Shown piece after piece: positions 53,917 to 63,893 of a stretch of DNA of 64,000 bases. The stretch is taken from positions 24,876-88,875 of the forward strand of contig JAYOEC010000001.1 in NCBI GenBank assembly GCA_038106525.1. The letters are read 5' to 3'. The notes beneath the pieces were generated by a model that saw only the letters and a list, made by a program, of their open reading frames with translations, was not told the DNA's origin and made no database searches. Position numbers and translations under genes: made by a program. Position 1 is the stretch's first letter, and every line of letters starts with the position of its first letter. This stretch comes from Minisyncoccota bacterium. GTDB lineage: Bacteria > Patescibacteriota > Minisyncoccia > Phycocordibacterales > Phycocordibacteraceae.

Positions 53917-55182
53917 CTAGACAAAGGATTCTGGGATTGGAAACGCCTCTGCAAGCGCCCGTATCTCTGTCTGTACCCGCGCCCCCGCATCACCTTTATG
54001 CTGCAGCACTTCAATCATGAGTTCTGCAACCCGTGCACACTCAGCCTCCTTGAAACCCCGTGTTGTCACGGCGGGCGTACCAAAACGAATGCCAGAGGGG
54101 TCCATAGGCTTTCTGGCATCGTCTGCAATCGCGTTTTTGTTGAGCGTGATCCCAACCTCGTCAAGCATGGTCTCCGCCTCGTGCCCCGATACGCCCAGCG
54201 AGCCGTACACATCAGCAAGAATCAGATGGTTCGAAGTGCCGCCACCAAGCATCCGCACCTGGTGCTTGGCAAACACTGCCTCCATTGCCTTTGCGTTTTT
54301 AAGGACCTGCGCCGCGTATGCCGCAAACGACGGATGGAGCGCCTCTCCAAATGCAATAGCCTTGGCAGCTACGGCATGCATGTGCGGCCCCCCTTGAAGA
54401 CCAGGAAACACTGCCTTATCTACCTTTTGAGCAAGCGCGGCGTCCTCACGAACCAAAATCATGCCGCCGCGCGGACCACGGAGCGTCTTATGGGTCGTGG
54501 TCGTCATGATATCGAAACCAAAGTCAAAGGGGTTCCGGACTGCTTTGCCGGCAATGAGTCCGGCGATATGCGCAATATCCATGACTGCGTATGCGCCGAC
54601 CTCGCGCGCGATTGAGACGAACTCGGCATAGTCGAGCTCGCGCGAGTATGCCGAGAAGCCCGCAAGCACTATCTTTGGTTTTTCTCTCTTTGCAATCTCA
54701 CGCATCTCGTCGTAGTCAATGTCGCCCGTGTCGGGATTCTTCATTTTGTACCGAACAAACCGGAATACCTTTGACGGAAAGGTAACCGGGTGGCCATGGG
54801 TCAGGTGCCCGCCATGCGAAAGATCCATACCAAGAACTGTGTCACCTGGCTCAAGAAGTGCGGCGTACATGGCAAGATTCGCCGGAGCGCCGGAGAGCGG
54901 CTGCACATTGGCATAGGCTGCACTGAATAGCTTCTTTGCCCGATCACGAGCAATGTCTTCGACCATATCGGTAAACTGCTGCCCGCCGTAATAGCGTTTG
55001 CCCGGGTATCCTTCCGAATACTTGTTGGTAAAGACGCTGCTACTTGCCTCGCGCACTGCGCGCGACACATAGTTTTCAGACGGAATAAGCTCGAGACCTT
55101 CTGACTCCCGCTTTTCTTCTCCGTATATCGCATTCGCAACTTCGGGATCCTGTTTCTCAATGAATGGATAGTCCATAGCCAT
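53917..55182 (-). CDS. glyA: Serine hydroxymethyltransferase
   Basis: LIPSEN, EGYPGKRYYGG, GGHLTHG, TTTHKTLRGPRGG. Confidence 0.98.
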   Translation of the reverse strand: MAMDYPFIEKQDPEVANAIYGEEKRESEGLELIPSENYVSRAVREASSSVFTNKYSEGYPGKRYYGGQQFTDMVEDIARDRAKKLFSAAYANVQPLSGAPANLAMYAALLEPGDTVLGMDLSHGGHLTHGHPVTFPSKVFRFVRYKMKNPDTGDIDYDEMREIAKREKPKIVLAGFSAYSRELDYAEFVSIAREVGAYAVMDIAHIAGLIAGKAVRNPFDFGFDIMTTTTHKTLRGPRGGMILVREDAALAQKVDKAVFPGLQGGPHMHAVAAKAIAFGEALHPSFAAYAAQVLKNAKAMEAVFAKHQVRMLGGGTSNHLILADVYGSLGVSGHEAETMLDEVGITLNKNAIADDARKPMDPSGIRFGTPAVTTRGFKEAECARVAELMIEVLQHKGDAGARVQTEIRALAEAFPIPESFV

Positions 55183-55222
55183 GGTGTTAGTGTGGATAAT
55201 CGATCATGGCGTAGGTGTCAGA

Positions 55223-56188
55223 TCATGATTTCTTTAAATCTCGTTCTTTTACTCCCCCTGCTACTGTAAGTTCACCTTTAAGCGATTGATGCGACTGATA
55301 TCCCTCAAGCAAAACATGCTCGGGTCTAAAGTCATCGATAGACTTTACTGAATCTGCAATGCGGACTGTTGGGAGTTGAAGCGGAGTGCGTGCAATTTGT
55401 TCCTTAACTTGTTCAAGGTGATTTTCGTAGATATGCGCGTCGCCAAAGGAATGTATAAATTCGCCAGGAGGAAGTCCAAGTACCTTTGCAAAAACATGGA
55501 GGAGGAGTGCGTACGACGCGATATTAAACGGCACACCAAGAAACATATCTGCCGTCCTTTGATACATGTGTAAGTGCACCCGTCCTCCCTTTATCGAAGT
55601 CTGGTAAAAACCGTGACAAATTGGAAACCGAGACGCATCTTCAGGAAGCGCCATTGCGTACAAGTATTCTGGGTTCCATGAGGTAACAATGGCATTCCGT
55701 GCATTCGGATCCTGCCGTAACTCATTCAACACCCAGCTGATTTGATCTATTGTCCTCCCATTCTTTGCAGGCCACCTCCGCCACATCTCACTATAAATGC
55801 GCCTCAGCTCGCCATGTTCCACTGCAAATGTGGCGTCTTCCTGTATCTTTGTGATAAATTCCTCTTTCGAGAGTTCTGGGAATTCACCCTTCTTCGATTT
55901 CTCAGCATAGATTTTGTACGGATAGTCATCCCAAATGTGGACATTATTATCTACTAGATACCGGATGTTTGATTGCCCCGAGACGAACCAATAAAGTTCG
56001 TGGAGGATTCCGCTCCAGTACATCTTCTTGGTCGTAAGGAGCGGAAATCCGTCCGCCATATCAAAACGAATTTGTCTCCCAAATACCCCGTAGGATTTCG
56101 CACCGGTGCCCTCGTCCACATTCTCAGCTCCGTTTTTTAAGATATCGCGGAGGAGTTCAAGATATTGTTCTTCGGGATGTTGTTTCAT
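55223..56188 (-). CDS. thyA: Thymidylate synthase
   Basis: FPLLTTKK, EL.WF, PICH catalytic Cys, QRTADMFLGVPFN, DAHIY.NH. Confidence 0.97.
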   Translation of the reverse strand: MKQHPEEQYLELLRDILKNGAENVDEGTGAKSYGVFGRQIRFDMADGFPLLTTKKMYWSGILHELYWFVSGQSNIRYLVDNNVHIWDDYPYKIYAEKSKKGEFPELSKEEFITKIQEDATFAVEHGELRRIYSEMWRRWPAKNGRTIDQISWVLNELRQDPNARNAIVTSWNPEYLYAMALPEDASRFPICHGFYQTSIKGGRVHLHMYQRTADMFLGVPFNIASYALLLHVFAKVLGLPPGEFIHSFGDAHIYENHLEQVKEQIARTPLQLPTVRIADSVKSIDDFRPEHVLLEGYQSHQSLKGELTVAGGVKERDLKKS

Positions 56189-56733
56189 TTCTTTTTTCTT
56201 GGCGGAACATAGCCGCGGTTATTATCTTTACTATATCTGCCAACCTTATCGTAGGTGTGCCGTGGCGACGACGAAAGTTCAGAGAATGTAAGCTGTGCTA
56301 TCGACATCTTTGGTCTCAGCACTATGGGAACGACATTGGTATTAGAGAGTTCAAAAACAATCTGTAAAAAATGTCCTGGGTTAATAATCCCGGCAGTGTT
56401 GTGTACCATAAGACCAACACGAGCCAAAGACGACTTGCCAGAAAGCTGGATCAAGTACTTGTCCGATCCAAAAAAATCGTAAGAGAAACCGAGAACAACA
56501 ACTCCTGGATGGAGCACAAACTCGCCCCCGTCCTTTACAGTAATCTCGCGCGTTGCAGGAAGTAATTTCTTCACCGGATCGATGATGCCGCGTTCATGCC
56601 ACTCAGTAATCAAAAACTTATTTCCAAGCAAAATGTCGTAGCTCGCGGGATTAAGTCGTCTTTTGTCAAAGGGTTCAAGCTTGATGTTCCCCTCCTTGAC
56701 CTCTTTTTCTATATCAACATCAGAAAGGTACAT
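56185..56733 (-). CDS. dcd: dCTP deaminase
   Basis: LSD.DI, NPASYD, GKSSLARVGL.VH.TAG.I.PG, IAQL.F, terminal Y..GRY. Confidence 0.93.
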   Translation of the reverse strand: MYLSDVDIEKEVKEGNIKLEPFDKRRLNPASYDILLGNKFLITEWHERGIIDPVKKLLPATREITVKDGGEFVLHPGVVVLGFSYDFFGSDKYLIQLSGKSSLARVGLMVHNTAGIINPGHFLQIVFELSNTNVVPIVLRPKMSIAQLTFSELSSSPRHTYDKVGRYSKDNNRGYVPPRKKK

Positions 56734-56738
56734 GCCTT

Positions 56739-57422
56739 CTATTGGATAGTGAACACATTATTTGTACCGTAGTACTCTGCCCAGTGCTGATTGTAATGAG
56801 AAAACATGCGCTCGAGTCTGTCCTGCGCTAACTCCTCTACTCCGAGCTCCGTCATAAGCGAGCGCAGTTCTGCTTTAACTACTTCTGCCTGTGACGCATC
56901 GTCAATAACTCGCTCAAACTCAGCAATGTACCCATAACCAGCATTTTTATCTATACATACAGTCGTGTTTTTAGACGACATGCGATACTCGGTGCGCTCG
57001 CGCGACCACTTTGCCTGGCACTGGTACCCCGCACCTAAAACCAGTCTATCCAGGTCGTCGAGCGTCATTCCGGACATGGTCGACTCACACTCGATACGCG
57101 CGGTGCCGTTAGAACTTGTGGTGTCATCAACAGACGCCTTGAGCACGAGAATGACGGTTCCATTCATCTCACGCGTACGAACAGAAATTTTTTTACCCTC
57201 CTCGGCAATTTTCTTAAACTTTGCCGCGTCACTTTCCATAAGTTTTGGTAGCGCCGCTTCGTACAGTTTTCTAATATCACCACCTTCAAAATAGTGGTTG
57301 AGTTGTTTGTATGAGTCAGAAACCTTGATTGTGGGATCTGCGGCCTTCATCTTCTTAACCAAGGTATCCGCCGCGTCTTGCGGGCCAAGAAGAGATTTGA
57401 TTTCAATTTCGTATGAATGCAT
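56739..57422 (-). CDS. CYTH (triphosphate tunnel metalloenzyme) domain protein
   Basis: N-terminal EIEIK (ExExK), QLNHYF, VRTR, LK, R.E.E, R.R..Y, CIDK..G.GYIAEFE. Confidence 0.8.
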   Translation of the reverse strand: MHSYEIEIKSLLGPQDAADTLVKKMKAADPTIKVSDSYKQLNHYFEGGDIRKLYEAALPKLMESDAAKFKKIAEEGKKISVRTREMNGTVILVLKASVDDTTSSNGTARIECESTMSGMTLDDLDRLVLGAGYQCQAKWSRERTEYRMSSKNTTVCIDKNAGYGYIAEFERVIDDASQAEVVKAELRSLMTELGVEELAQDRLERMFSHYNQHWAEYYGTNNVFTIQ

Positions 57423-57485
57423 TAAGGACAGTATAGCCCTCGGTGCTTATGTGGCCCAGTGGACAAAGGTGTGTAGAATGGCTGG

Positions 57486-57986
57486 ATGACTCGTATCTCA
57501 ATGATTGCTGCCCTTGGAGCCCGGAATCGAGGCATCGGCAAGGAGGGGGCGCTCTTATGGCACCTGCCCGAGGATCTGAGGCGCTTTAAAGCGCTAACCT
57601 GGGGACACCCGATGATCATGGGGAGAAAAACCTACGAGTCGATCGGGCGACCCCTTCCTGGCAGAACCTCGATAGTGGTAAGCAGAAATCAGGAGCTACG
57701 GCTCCCCGCAGGCGTACTGCGTGCGTCAACGGTAAGTGAGGCTCTCGAACAGGCAAAAAGGATCGATGCAGCAGAATTGTTTGTTATTGGCGGCGGCGAA
57801 CTCTATGCGCAGCTGCTCCCCTTTGCAGAACGGCTGTATCTCACTTTGGTTGATGCAGATGAGCCTGCGGATGCCTTTTTCCCCGAGTATGCCAACCATT
57901 TTACAGTGGTGGAAATGAAAAAAGGCGGGGGAATCCCCGCCTTTGAATGGCTCACACTAGACCGGAATCTGCCGACCCCTCCTTAA
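57486..57986 (+). CDS. folA: Dihydrofolate reductase
   Basis: IG..G.L.W.LPEDL..FK, IMGRKT.ESI.RPLPGR, VIGGG, DAFFP. Confidence 0.97.
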   Translation: MTRISMIAALGARNRGIGKEGALLWHLPEDLRRFKALTWGHPMIMGRKTYESIGRPLPGRTSIVVSRNQELRLPAGVLRASTVSEALEQAKRIDAAELFVIGGGELYAQLLPFAERLYLTLVDADEPADAFFPEYANHFTVVEMKKGGGIPAFEWLTLDRNLPTPP

Positions 57987-58402
57987 ACGATATCTATCCC
58001 CATGCTTCGGGCAGTGCCAGCAATGATCTTTTCTGCAGCCTCAAGAGAGTTTGCATTGAGGTCCGGCATTTTCTTTTCTGCAATCTCGCGGAGCTGTGCC
58101 TTTGTCAACTTGCCTGCCTTAACCGTACCAACTTTGCTAGACCCCTTTTCCAAACCTGAAACTTTCAGAATAAGGCGAGACGCCGGAGAGACCTTGAGAA
58201 TAAAGGAAAACGAACGATCATCCATCACTGAGAGCTCGACGGGGATAATGTCGCCACGCATATCCTTGGTGCGATCATTGAACTCCTTTACAAATTGTCC
58301 AATGTTGACGCCGGCAGGGCCGAGCGCAGTACCAACTGGAGGCGCAGGTGTTGCTGCGCCGCCGGGAATCTGAAGCTTGATTTTCTTTACAACCTTAGCC
58401 AT
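57983..58402 (-). CDS. rplK: 50S ribosomal protein L11
   Basis: [27 protein letters not shown]. Confidence 0.98.
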   Translation of the reverse strand: MAKVVKKIKLQIPGGAATPAPPVGTALGPAGVNIGQFVKEFNDRTKDMRGDIIPVELSVMDDRSFSFILKVSPASRLILKVSGLEKGSSKVGTVKAGKLTKAQLREIAEKKMPDLNANSLEAAEKIIAGTARSMGIDIV

Positions 58403-58419
58403 AGGTGTGCTTATTCTAC

Positions 58420-58962
58420 TTAAATCTTACGAATTTGCAAAAAGTCGAGCTCGACCGGCGTTTCGCGGCCAAACATCGACACCAGTACCTTGATCTTGCC
58501 TTTTTCCTCATCTATCTCGCCAACCTTGCCCTCAAGATCCTTAAACGGCCCGTCAGTAACCACCACCGGCTCACCCACCGAGTAGTCGATCTTGTGTTTT
58601 GCGGTCTCCGAAGACATCCGCTTGAAGAGTGAGTCGATCTCCTCTTTCGAGAGCGGAACCGGAACCGTGCCAGAACCAACAAAACCGGTTACGCGCGGTG
58701 TATTGCGCACCACGAACCACGATTCATCATCGACAACCATATCGACCAAAATGTATCCTGGGTAGATTTTTTCTTCCGTAGTGGTGCGCTTGCCTCCTAC
58801 CACCTTTATCTTTTTTTCTGTCGGCACAACGACATTAAAAATTTTGTTCCCCATCCCGAGCGAGTCTATGCGCTGCTTGAGGTTACGCAAGACCGCGTTT
58901 TCATACCCTGAGTAGGTGTGGACCGCATACCATGCTCGATCGCTGGTTGATTGTTTGCTCAT
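58420..58962 (-). CDS. nusG: Transcription termination/antitermination factor NusG
   Basis: [36 protein letters not shown]. Confidence 0.98.
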   Translation of the reverse strand: MSKQSTSDRAWYAVHTYSGYENAVLRNLKQRIDSLGMGNKIFNVVVPTEKKIKVVGGKRTTTEEKIYPGYILVDMVVDDESWFVVRNTPRVTGFVGSGTVPVPLSKEEIDSLFKRMSSETAKHKIDYSVGEPVVVTDGPFKDLEGKVGEIDEEKGKIKVLVSMFGRETPVELDFLQIRKI

Positions 58963-58966
58963 ACGA

Positions 58967-59152
58967 TTAGCGAATGATGAGTTGTTCTAAACCAAACGCG
59001 AGGAAAAAGTCTGCCGCTCCGAGCACGAGTGCAACGATGAGCGAAATGCCGATAACGAGCGCTGTGTACCCGACCGCCTGCGCGTAGGTCGGCCAGGTAA
59101 CCTGTCCGAGCTCGGCGCGGACCGCTCGCAAGTAATTGATGAATGCGTTCAT
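58967..59152 (-). CDS. secE: Preprotein translocase subunit SecE
   Basis: EL..VTWPT plus single TM helix; upstream of nusG. Confidence 0.93.
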   Translation of the reverse strand: MNAFINYLRAVRAELGQVTWPTYAQAVGYTALVIGISLIVALVLGAADFFLAFGLEQLIIR

Positions 59153-59175
59153 GATTGTGTCGCAGCCCCTCCTAT

Positions 59176-59202
59176 AAAAAAAGCCCTGCGGGGGCTTTTT
59201 TT
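59176..59202. terminator. Bidirectional intrinsic terminator
   Basis: AAAAAAAGCCC-tgcgg-GGGCTTTTTTT. Confidence 0.8.
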
Positions 59203-59236
59203 ATCGTAGCATCTTCATGCTAACCGGTCAAGAATC

Positions 59237-60040
59237 CTAACGAATTTCGTAGGTAATTGATACATTTACCACCACCTCATTCTCTCCAACCGGTACTGTC
59301 GGAACCGCCCGCGACTCAACGGCACCACCAAAGCCAATTGCAGCATCCTTAGCGTAGTACGGAAGCGGGTATCCGCCAGTGTTCTCGTAGAAACTGACCA
59401 CCCTGACCAGACGGACATCCAATTGATCAGCGAGCTCTTCAGCCTTGGCGCGCGCCTTTTCAATGGCCTCTTTGCGCGCCTCAGCACGAACTGCATCTCC
59501 GTCCTCGTTCGTAAAGTTCGGGCCATACAGCTGCGATATGCCTGCGTCGCCGAGAGCGCTCAGGATATCTCCGACAGCTCCCGTGTCACGAACTTTAACT
59601 TCAGAAGTCTGGCTGACCTGATAGCCAACAATCCGCTGTTCATCGTAGATACACGGCGGCGTGTAGCATGGCTGCGGGTAACTGTACTTCGGGCTAACCG
59701 AGTAGCCGGTTGTTTTGATATCCTTCTCCTCGATCCCCTTTTCTTTCAGGAGCGCAAGAGCAACATTAATTTTTTTTGTTGCCTCTTCCTGTGCGAGCGA
59801 GGCGGTTTTCCCCTCACCCATCACTGAAAACGATATGGTCGCAATGTCAGGAATAATAGTGGCGCTTCCTTCGCCGTCGACGGTAATCACATTACCCATG
59901 CTTGGAGTTGCGCGCCACAGATCCATGAACGATCCGATTGCAAGAACCGCAACAAAAACTGAAGCGATGACTAAAAAGAGTGCGCCAAGCTTCTCGATCC
60001 GAGAGCTGTGCCAGACGCCGTGCATGCTTGGGGTATCCAT
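59237..60040 (-). CDS. SIMPL (DUF541/BP26) domain protein
   Basis: ITV.GEG....PD.A, DI.T..YSV.P.Y, A...AR.KAE.LA, V.ITYEI. Confidence 0.9.
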   Translation of the reverse strand: MDTPSMHGVWHSSRIEKLGALFLVIASVFVAVLAIGSFMDLWRATPSMGNVITVDGEGSATIIPDIATISFSVMGEGKTASLAQEEATKKINVALALLKEKGIEEKDIKTTGYSVSPKYSYPQPCYTPPCIYDEQRIVGYQVSQTSEVKVRDTGAVGDILSALGDAGISQLYGPNFTNEDGDAVRAEARKEAIEKARAKAEELADQLDVRLVRVVSFYENTGGYPLPYYAKDAAIGFGGAVESRAVPTVPVGENEVVVNVSITYEIR

Positions 60041-60102
60041 ACTGATAGACAGGTTTAGCTAAGTGATAAGTACGCTTCCTATTGTACTACGAGTCTCACG
60101 AT

Positions 60103-61197
60103 TCAAGTGTGACCGCCATGGCTATGCCCATGATGGGCCTGTGGTAAGCCATTTTTTGCAACAAGAACGCCGAACCATGTCGCGAGCGGGAGTACCGCTG
60201 CAAGCGCAACCCCGCCCACTGCCGCACGCAAAATCTCCACCGCAAGCACCTCGCTATTGATGAGGTAGAGCGGGTCGGATGGCGAGAGCGAAAAAAGTAG
60301 CATGAGCGGCAACGCTGACCCAACATATGCGAGAACGAGAGTGTTTACCACCGCGCCAAGATGCTCTCTTCCGACCCGCATTGCCCGTCGGTACAAGTCT
60401 CGCGCCGAGAGTGCTGCACTTGCAGCGCGGAGCTCTTGAACCGTGAGCACCTGCGTTACCGCAAGGTCATCAATAATACCCAAAATGCCGATGATGAAAG
60501 CACCCAACAGCAGCCCTTCCATATTCAGGGTGCCGCCAGTACTTAAGTTAAGTATGGTTGAAGTATCGTCAGTAAACCCAGAGAGGCGCGCCAAAGATAC
60601 AGACGCGCTGCCAAGAAATATCGCGCCAATGATGGTTACGACGCTGGCGCCAAATGCAGCGGCAGTGTGGCGATTTGCGCCGTGGGTCACCAGCATTGCA
60701 AGACCAAGGATTACCGCCGCACTGGTTGTTGCGGTGAGGACCGGTGACGCACCATGTGCAAGTTGAGGCAGCAGCACAAATACGATTACAACGATCGAGA
60801 TCCCGAGCGAAATAAGCGCGCGCACCCCTATCCATCCGCCGACCAAGATAGTCGAAAATGCAAACAGCAGCACCGCAATAAGGAGAACTGAACGGCGGTC
60901 AGCCTCACGCACCGTGTACAGTGGCCCGTCGGACCCTTCCTGCCAGGAGACAAAAAACGAATCGCCTTCGGCAAGCGGCACGCGGTCGTTTGTGATGAAG
61001 GCGCGCTCACCCTCATCGGTAATTGCCTCGAGAGTCTGTACGCGGGTGGTTGCCCCGGCCCCCGGGATCTCCACCACTTCGTCGCTGAGAACCCGCTCAA
61101 CCGTCGCTCGAATAATGCCCGAATCTATTGGGGCACCATCTACCGCCGCACTCGCCCAACTGGTTGACGATGCGAAACAGAAAAGCAAGAACGACAC
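60103..61197 (-). CDS. YibE/F family membrane protein with His-rich tail
   Basis: G.LG..DD..VTQ, GREH....NTLVLAY.G..LP, tail HHGHSHGGH. Start uncertain (GTG 61197 assumed). Confidence 0.85.
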   Translation of the reverse strand: MSFLLFCFASSTSWASAAVDGAPIDSGIIRATVERVLSDEVVEIPGAGATTRVQTLEAITDEGERAFITNDRVPLAEGDSFFVSWQEGSDGPLYTVREADRRSVLLIAVLLFAFSTILVGGWIGVRALISLGISIVVIVFVLLPQLAHGASPVLTATTSAAVILGLAMLVTHGANRHTAAAFGASVVTIIGAIFLGSASVSLARLSGFTDDTSTILNLSTGGTLNMEGLLLGAFIIGILGIIDDLAVTQVLTVQELRAASAALSARDLYRRAMRVGREHLGAVVNTLVLAYVGSALPLMLLFSLSPSDPLYLINSEVLAVEILRAAVGGVALAAVLPLATWFGVLVAKNGLPQAHHGHSHGGHT

Positions 61198-61553
61198 TGC
61201 CCAAAAAATTCGAGCTGGTGTTCGGACAGGTTCGCAAAACCGGACTGCTGCTGTGCCTGCTTGACTATCAAACCTGGTATACATACTGAGACATCCTCAA
61301 TGGTACCGCACTTCGTACAAACTACATGGTGATGGTGGCTTTTGCCACAAACTGACTCATACTGAAAAGCGCGCCTCCCAAGATCAATGCGTCGAACCTC
61401 GCCAGATGCAGTCATTTGTCCAAGAGCGCGGTACACGGTTGAAATATGAACCGACTGCCCAGCGCGATGCGCAATAGCAGAAGCAGAAAGTGGCACGGAG
61501 GCGCGCTCCAACACTGCCTTGATGCGTGCCCGATCTTTTGTTCTTCGATGCAT
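61140..61553 (-). CDS. Fur-family regulator (Zur-like)
   Basis: STVYRAL, HHHHVVCTKCG, LEFFGQCRSC. Confidence 0.92.
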   Translation of the reverse strand: MHRRTKDRARIKAVLERASVPLSASAIAHRAGQSVHISTVYRALGQMTASGEVRRIDLGRRAFQYESVCGKSHHHHVVCTKCGTIEDVSVCIPGLIVKQAQQQSGFANLSEHQLEFFGQCRSCFSVSHRQPVGRVRR

Positions 61554-61582
61554 CTTCCTTACTCAAACACCCACACGGTAGT

Positions 61583-61634
61583 TTGACAAGCTTCGGCGCT
61601 CCCCTATACTAATACTATTGCGAATTAGTCGCAA
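61583..61634 (+). promoter_or_regulatory. sigma70 promoter plus palindromic operator (candidate Fur/Zur box)
   Basis: TTGACA-16 nt-TATACT, then TTGCGA-attag-TCGCAA (61618-61634) near the predicted start site. Confidence 0.65.
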
Positions 61635-61642
61635 CAAGATAT

Positions 61643-62473
61643 ATGATTATCGGATTCTTGGGTAAGGGCGGTAGCGGCAAGACGACTAGTGCGACACAAA
61701 CAGCACAGCGAGCGGCAGCGAGGGGGATGTCTGTGCTCGCAATTGACGCGGATCACAACATGGACCTGGCATTCAATCTTGGCTGTCAAGAGCCGTTCCC
61801 CTATTTCGGCGCGTCGATTGCAGAGCTTCGTAAGTGCTGTGGTCTTGCCCCAGGACAAAACTATCGCGACGCACTCGCAAAAGATTCTTCTCACTCATTC
61901 AGCATCACGCCGCCTGACCAGTACATTAAAAAGTATAGTCAAATTGTTCGTTCGAATATTAGGCTGATGGTTGCCGGCCCACACACAGATGAAATACTTT
62001 TTGATCAGAGCTGCAGCCACTCTCTAACGACGCCGCTCAAGGTATTGCTTCCCCTCTTCTCACTAAAAGAGAATGAAATTGTTATAGTTGACGAAAAAGC
62101 TGGATTAGACGGAGCCGGTACTGGGATACCTTCCGGATTTACCGCTGCAATAATTGTTTCTGAACCGACTGATCACAGCATCAAGGCTGCCTTGGGGATT
62201 AAGAAGCTTCTCGACTTTTTCGGAACGCCATATCGGTTCCTTCTTACAAAGGTCCGCTCCGAGGAGGAAGAAAAGAGAGGCAAGGAGGCGTTTCAGCATG
62301 ACCTGATTGGCAGTATCCCGGCAAACAACGAACCTCTTCGAGAGACGAGTGCGGCATACGATTCAATTATTGCGTTTGGGGGCGAGATAGTTCGATCTGG
62401 CGATGCCAGGCTCGAACGGTCTCGGTCTAAGGTCGAGCGAAATCGAGCCTTCCAAACGACACTTACACACTAA
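61643..62473 (+). CDS. CooC-like MinD/ParA-family ATPase
   Basis: GKGGSGKTT deviant Walker A, AIDADHN..L...LG, SCSH at the CooC CxC position, VDEKAG (CooC has D.EAG), VSEPT..S. Confidence 0.75.
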   Translation: MIIGFLGKGGSGKTTSATQTAQRAAARGMSVLAIDADHNMDLAFNLGCQEPFPYFGASIAELRKCCGLAPGQNYRDALAKDSSHSFSITPPDQYIKKYSQIVRSNIRLMVAGPHTDEILFDQSCSHSLTTPLKVLLPLFSLKENEIVIVDEKAGLDGAGTGIPSGFTAAIIVSEPTDHSIKAALGIKKLLDFFGTPYRFLLTKVRSEEEEKRGKEAFQHDLIGSIPANNEPLRETSAAYDSIIAFGGEIVRSGDARLERSRSKVERNRAFQTTLTH

Positions 62474-62486
62474 CTAACACCTTGAT

Positions 62487-63104
62487 ATGTCAATGGGTTC
62501 CCGTTCAATTGTATATGCCCCGATTACTAGAGGCGGCTTTGAATACATACTCAGCCAATACCCCAATGTTCCGAGGGAGCAAGCGGAGGTACTGTATTCA
62601 ATACTCACCGATCGGCTAACGACCGAGACGCTCCTCTTTGCTGCACTGATCGACCTCATCGATCGCTACCGGAAGAACGGAAGTGCTTCGTTCAAACTTT
62701 CAGCAATTCGCAAAGACAAAAAAGGTAAAGTGCAGACCTACGCGATGGAGCTACTTCATGATGTCATCGTTGAACTTCAAATGGCAGGAAGGGCTATGAA
62801 AAAAATTCAGACGGAACTTGGAAAAAACGGAACCATGCTCGCCTTTATGCACTCATGCGAGTCAGCGATTGTTGATACCCAACAAGTAGATTCGTGGCTT
62901 GAATCAAAGTCAGAAGAAGAGGCATTGAGAACCAGGCTTGACTGGGAGGGGACTTTTGAAAAGGGAGTCCCGGAAGCATACGCGCTTGAATACGCCGAGT
63001 ACTCCGAGGCCGATGCTGCGGATGCAGACCGATGCTATCGTATCGCACTTCATGCCGTCGAGCTTACAGGCCTTACAGCACACGAGCTCACGCCTCAGCG
63101 GTAG
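62487..63104 (+). CDS. Hypothetical helical protein
   Basis: 205-aa ORF with 13-15 bp gaps to both neighbours; no recognised motif. Confidence 0.6.
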   Translation: MSMGSRSIVYAPITRGGFEYILSQYPNVPREQAEVLYSILTDRLTTETLLFAALIDLIDRYRKNGSASFKLSAIRKDKKGKVQTYAMELLHDVIVELQMAGRAMKKIQTELGKNGTMLAFMHSCESAIVDTQQVDSWLESKSEEEALRTRLDWEGTFEKGVPEAYALEYAEYSEADAADADRCYRIALHAVELTGLTAHELTPQR

Positions 63105-63119
63105 TGTGATCATTGCCGG

Positions 63120-63893
63120 ATGGAATACTGGACAATGCCGCTGCTCGCAGTTTTTGCAGTATCGCTCGTGTCGCTGGTCGGCATCGCGGCCTTTTCGCTC
63201 CGCGAGGCGTGGCTCCGAAGCATGATTCCCGTGCTGGTCGGGCTTGCTGTGGGCGCGCTTCTTGGTGACGCATTCATCCACCTCATCCCCGAGTCGCTGG
63301 AGTATATCGGAGACGAGCTTGCGTTCGGAGTGACAGTACTCGCAGGTATCGGAACATTCTTTGTTCTTGAAAAGTACCTGCGCTGGCATCATGCGCACCA
63401 TGCACATGAGATTGAGCATGAGGGTCACACCTGTGAGAACCACGCACCTCGGCACCTTGCACCTCTCGTGCTAGTCTCGGACGCAGTCCATAATCTGGTA
63501 GATGGCGCGGTGATCGCTGGTGCGTTTCTCGTTTCTCCATCGCTTGGAATTGCAACCACCGTAGCGGTATTTCTTCATGAGATCCCGCAAGAAATCGCCG
63601 ATTATGGGCTCCTGCTCCACGCAGGCATGGGGCGCGGACGGGCGTTATTTTATAATTTTCTTTCGGGACTCACTGCCCTCGTTGGTGCACTGTTCGTTCT
63701 TGCGGCAGGAAGCGAGTTTCCTCAGCTTGGAGGATACGCGGCCGCATTCACTGCCGGAGCGTTCATATACATTGCGGCGGCGGACTTAGTTCCTGAACTT
63801 CAAAGGGCCCGCGGAGGAAAGGCTGCGCTCGCGCAGTCAGCAGCGATACTTTTCGGCGTTCTCAGCATGGTTCTACTGGCGCTGTCTGAATAG
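63120..63893 (+). CDS. ZIP-family metal (Zn) transporter
   Basis: AFIHLIPE, His-rich loop HHAHHAHEIEHEGH, HNLVDG, HEIPQE, G.F.YIA..DL.PEL. Confidence 0.93.
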   Translation: MEYWTMPLLAVFAVSLVSLVGIAAFSLREAWLRSMIPVLVGLAVGALLGDAFIHLIPESLEYIGDELAFGVTVLAGIGTFFVLEKYLRWHHAHHAHEIEHEGHTCENHAPRHLAPLVLVSDAVHNLVDGAVIAGAFLVSPSLGIATTVAVFLHEIPQEIADYGLLLHAGMGRGRALFYNFLSGLTALVGALFVLAAGSEFPQLGGYAAAFTAGAFIYIAAADLVPELQRARGGKAALAQSAAILFGVLSMVLLALSE

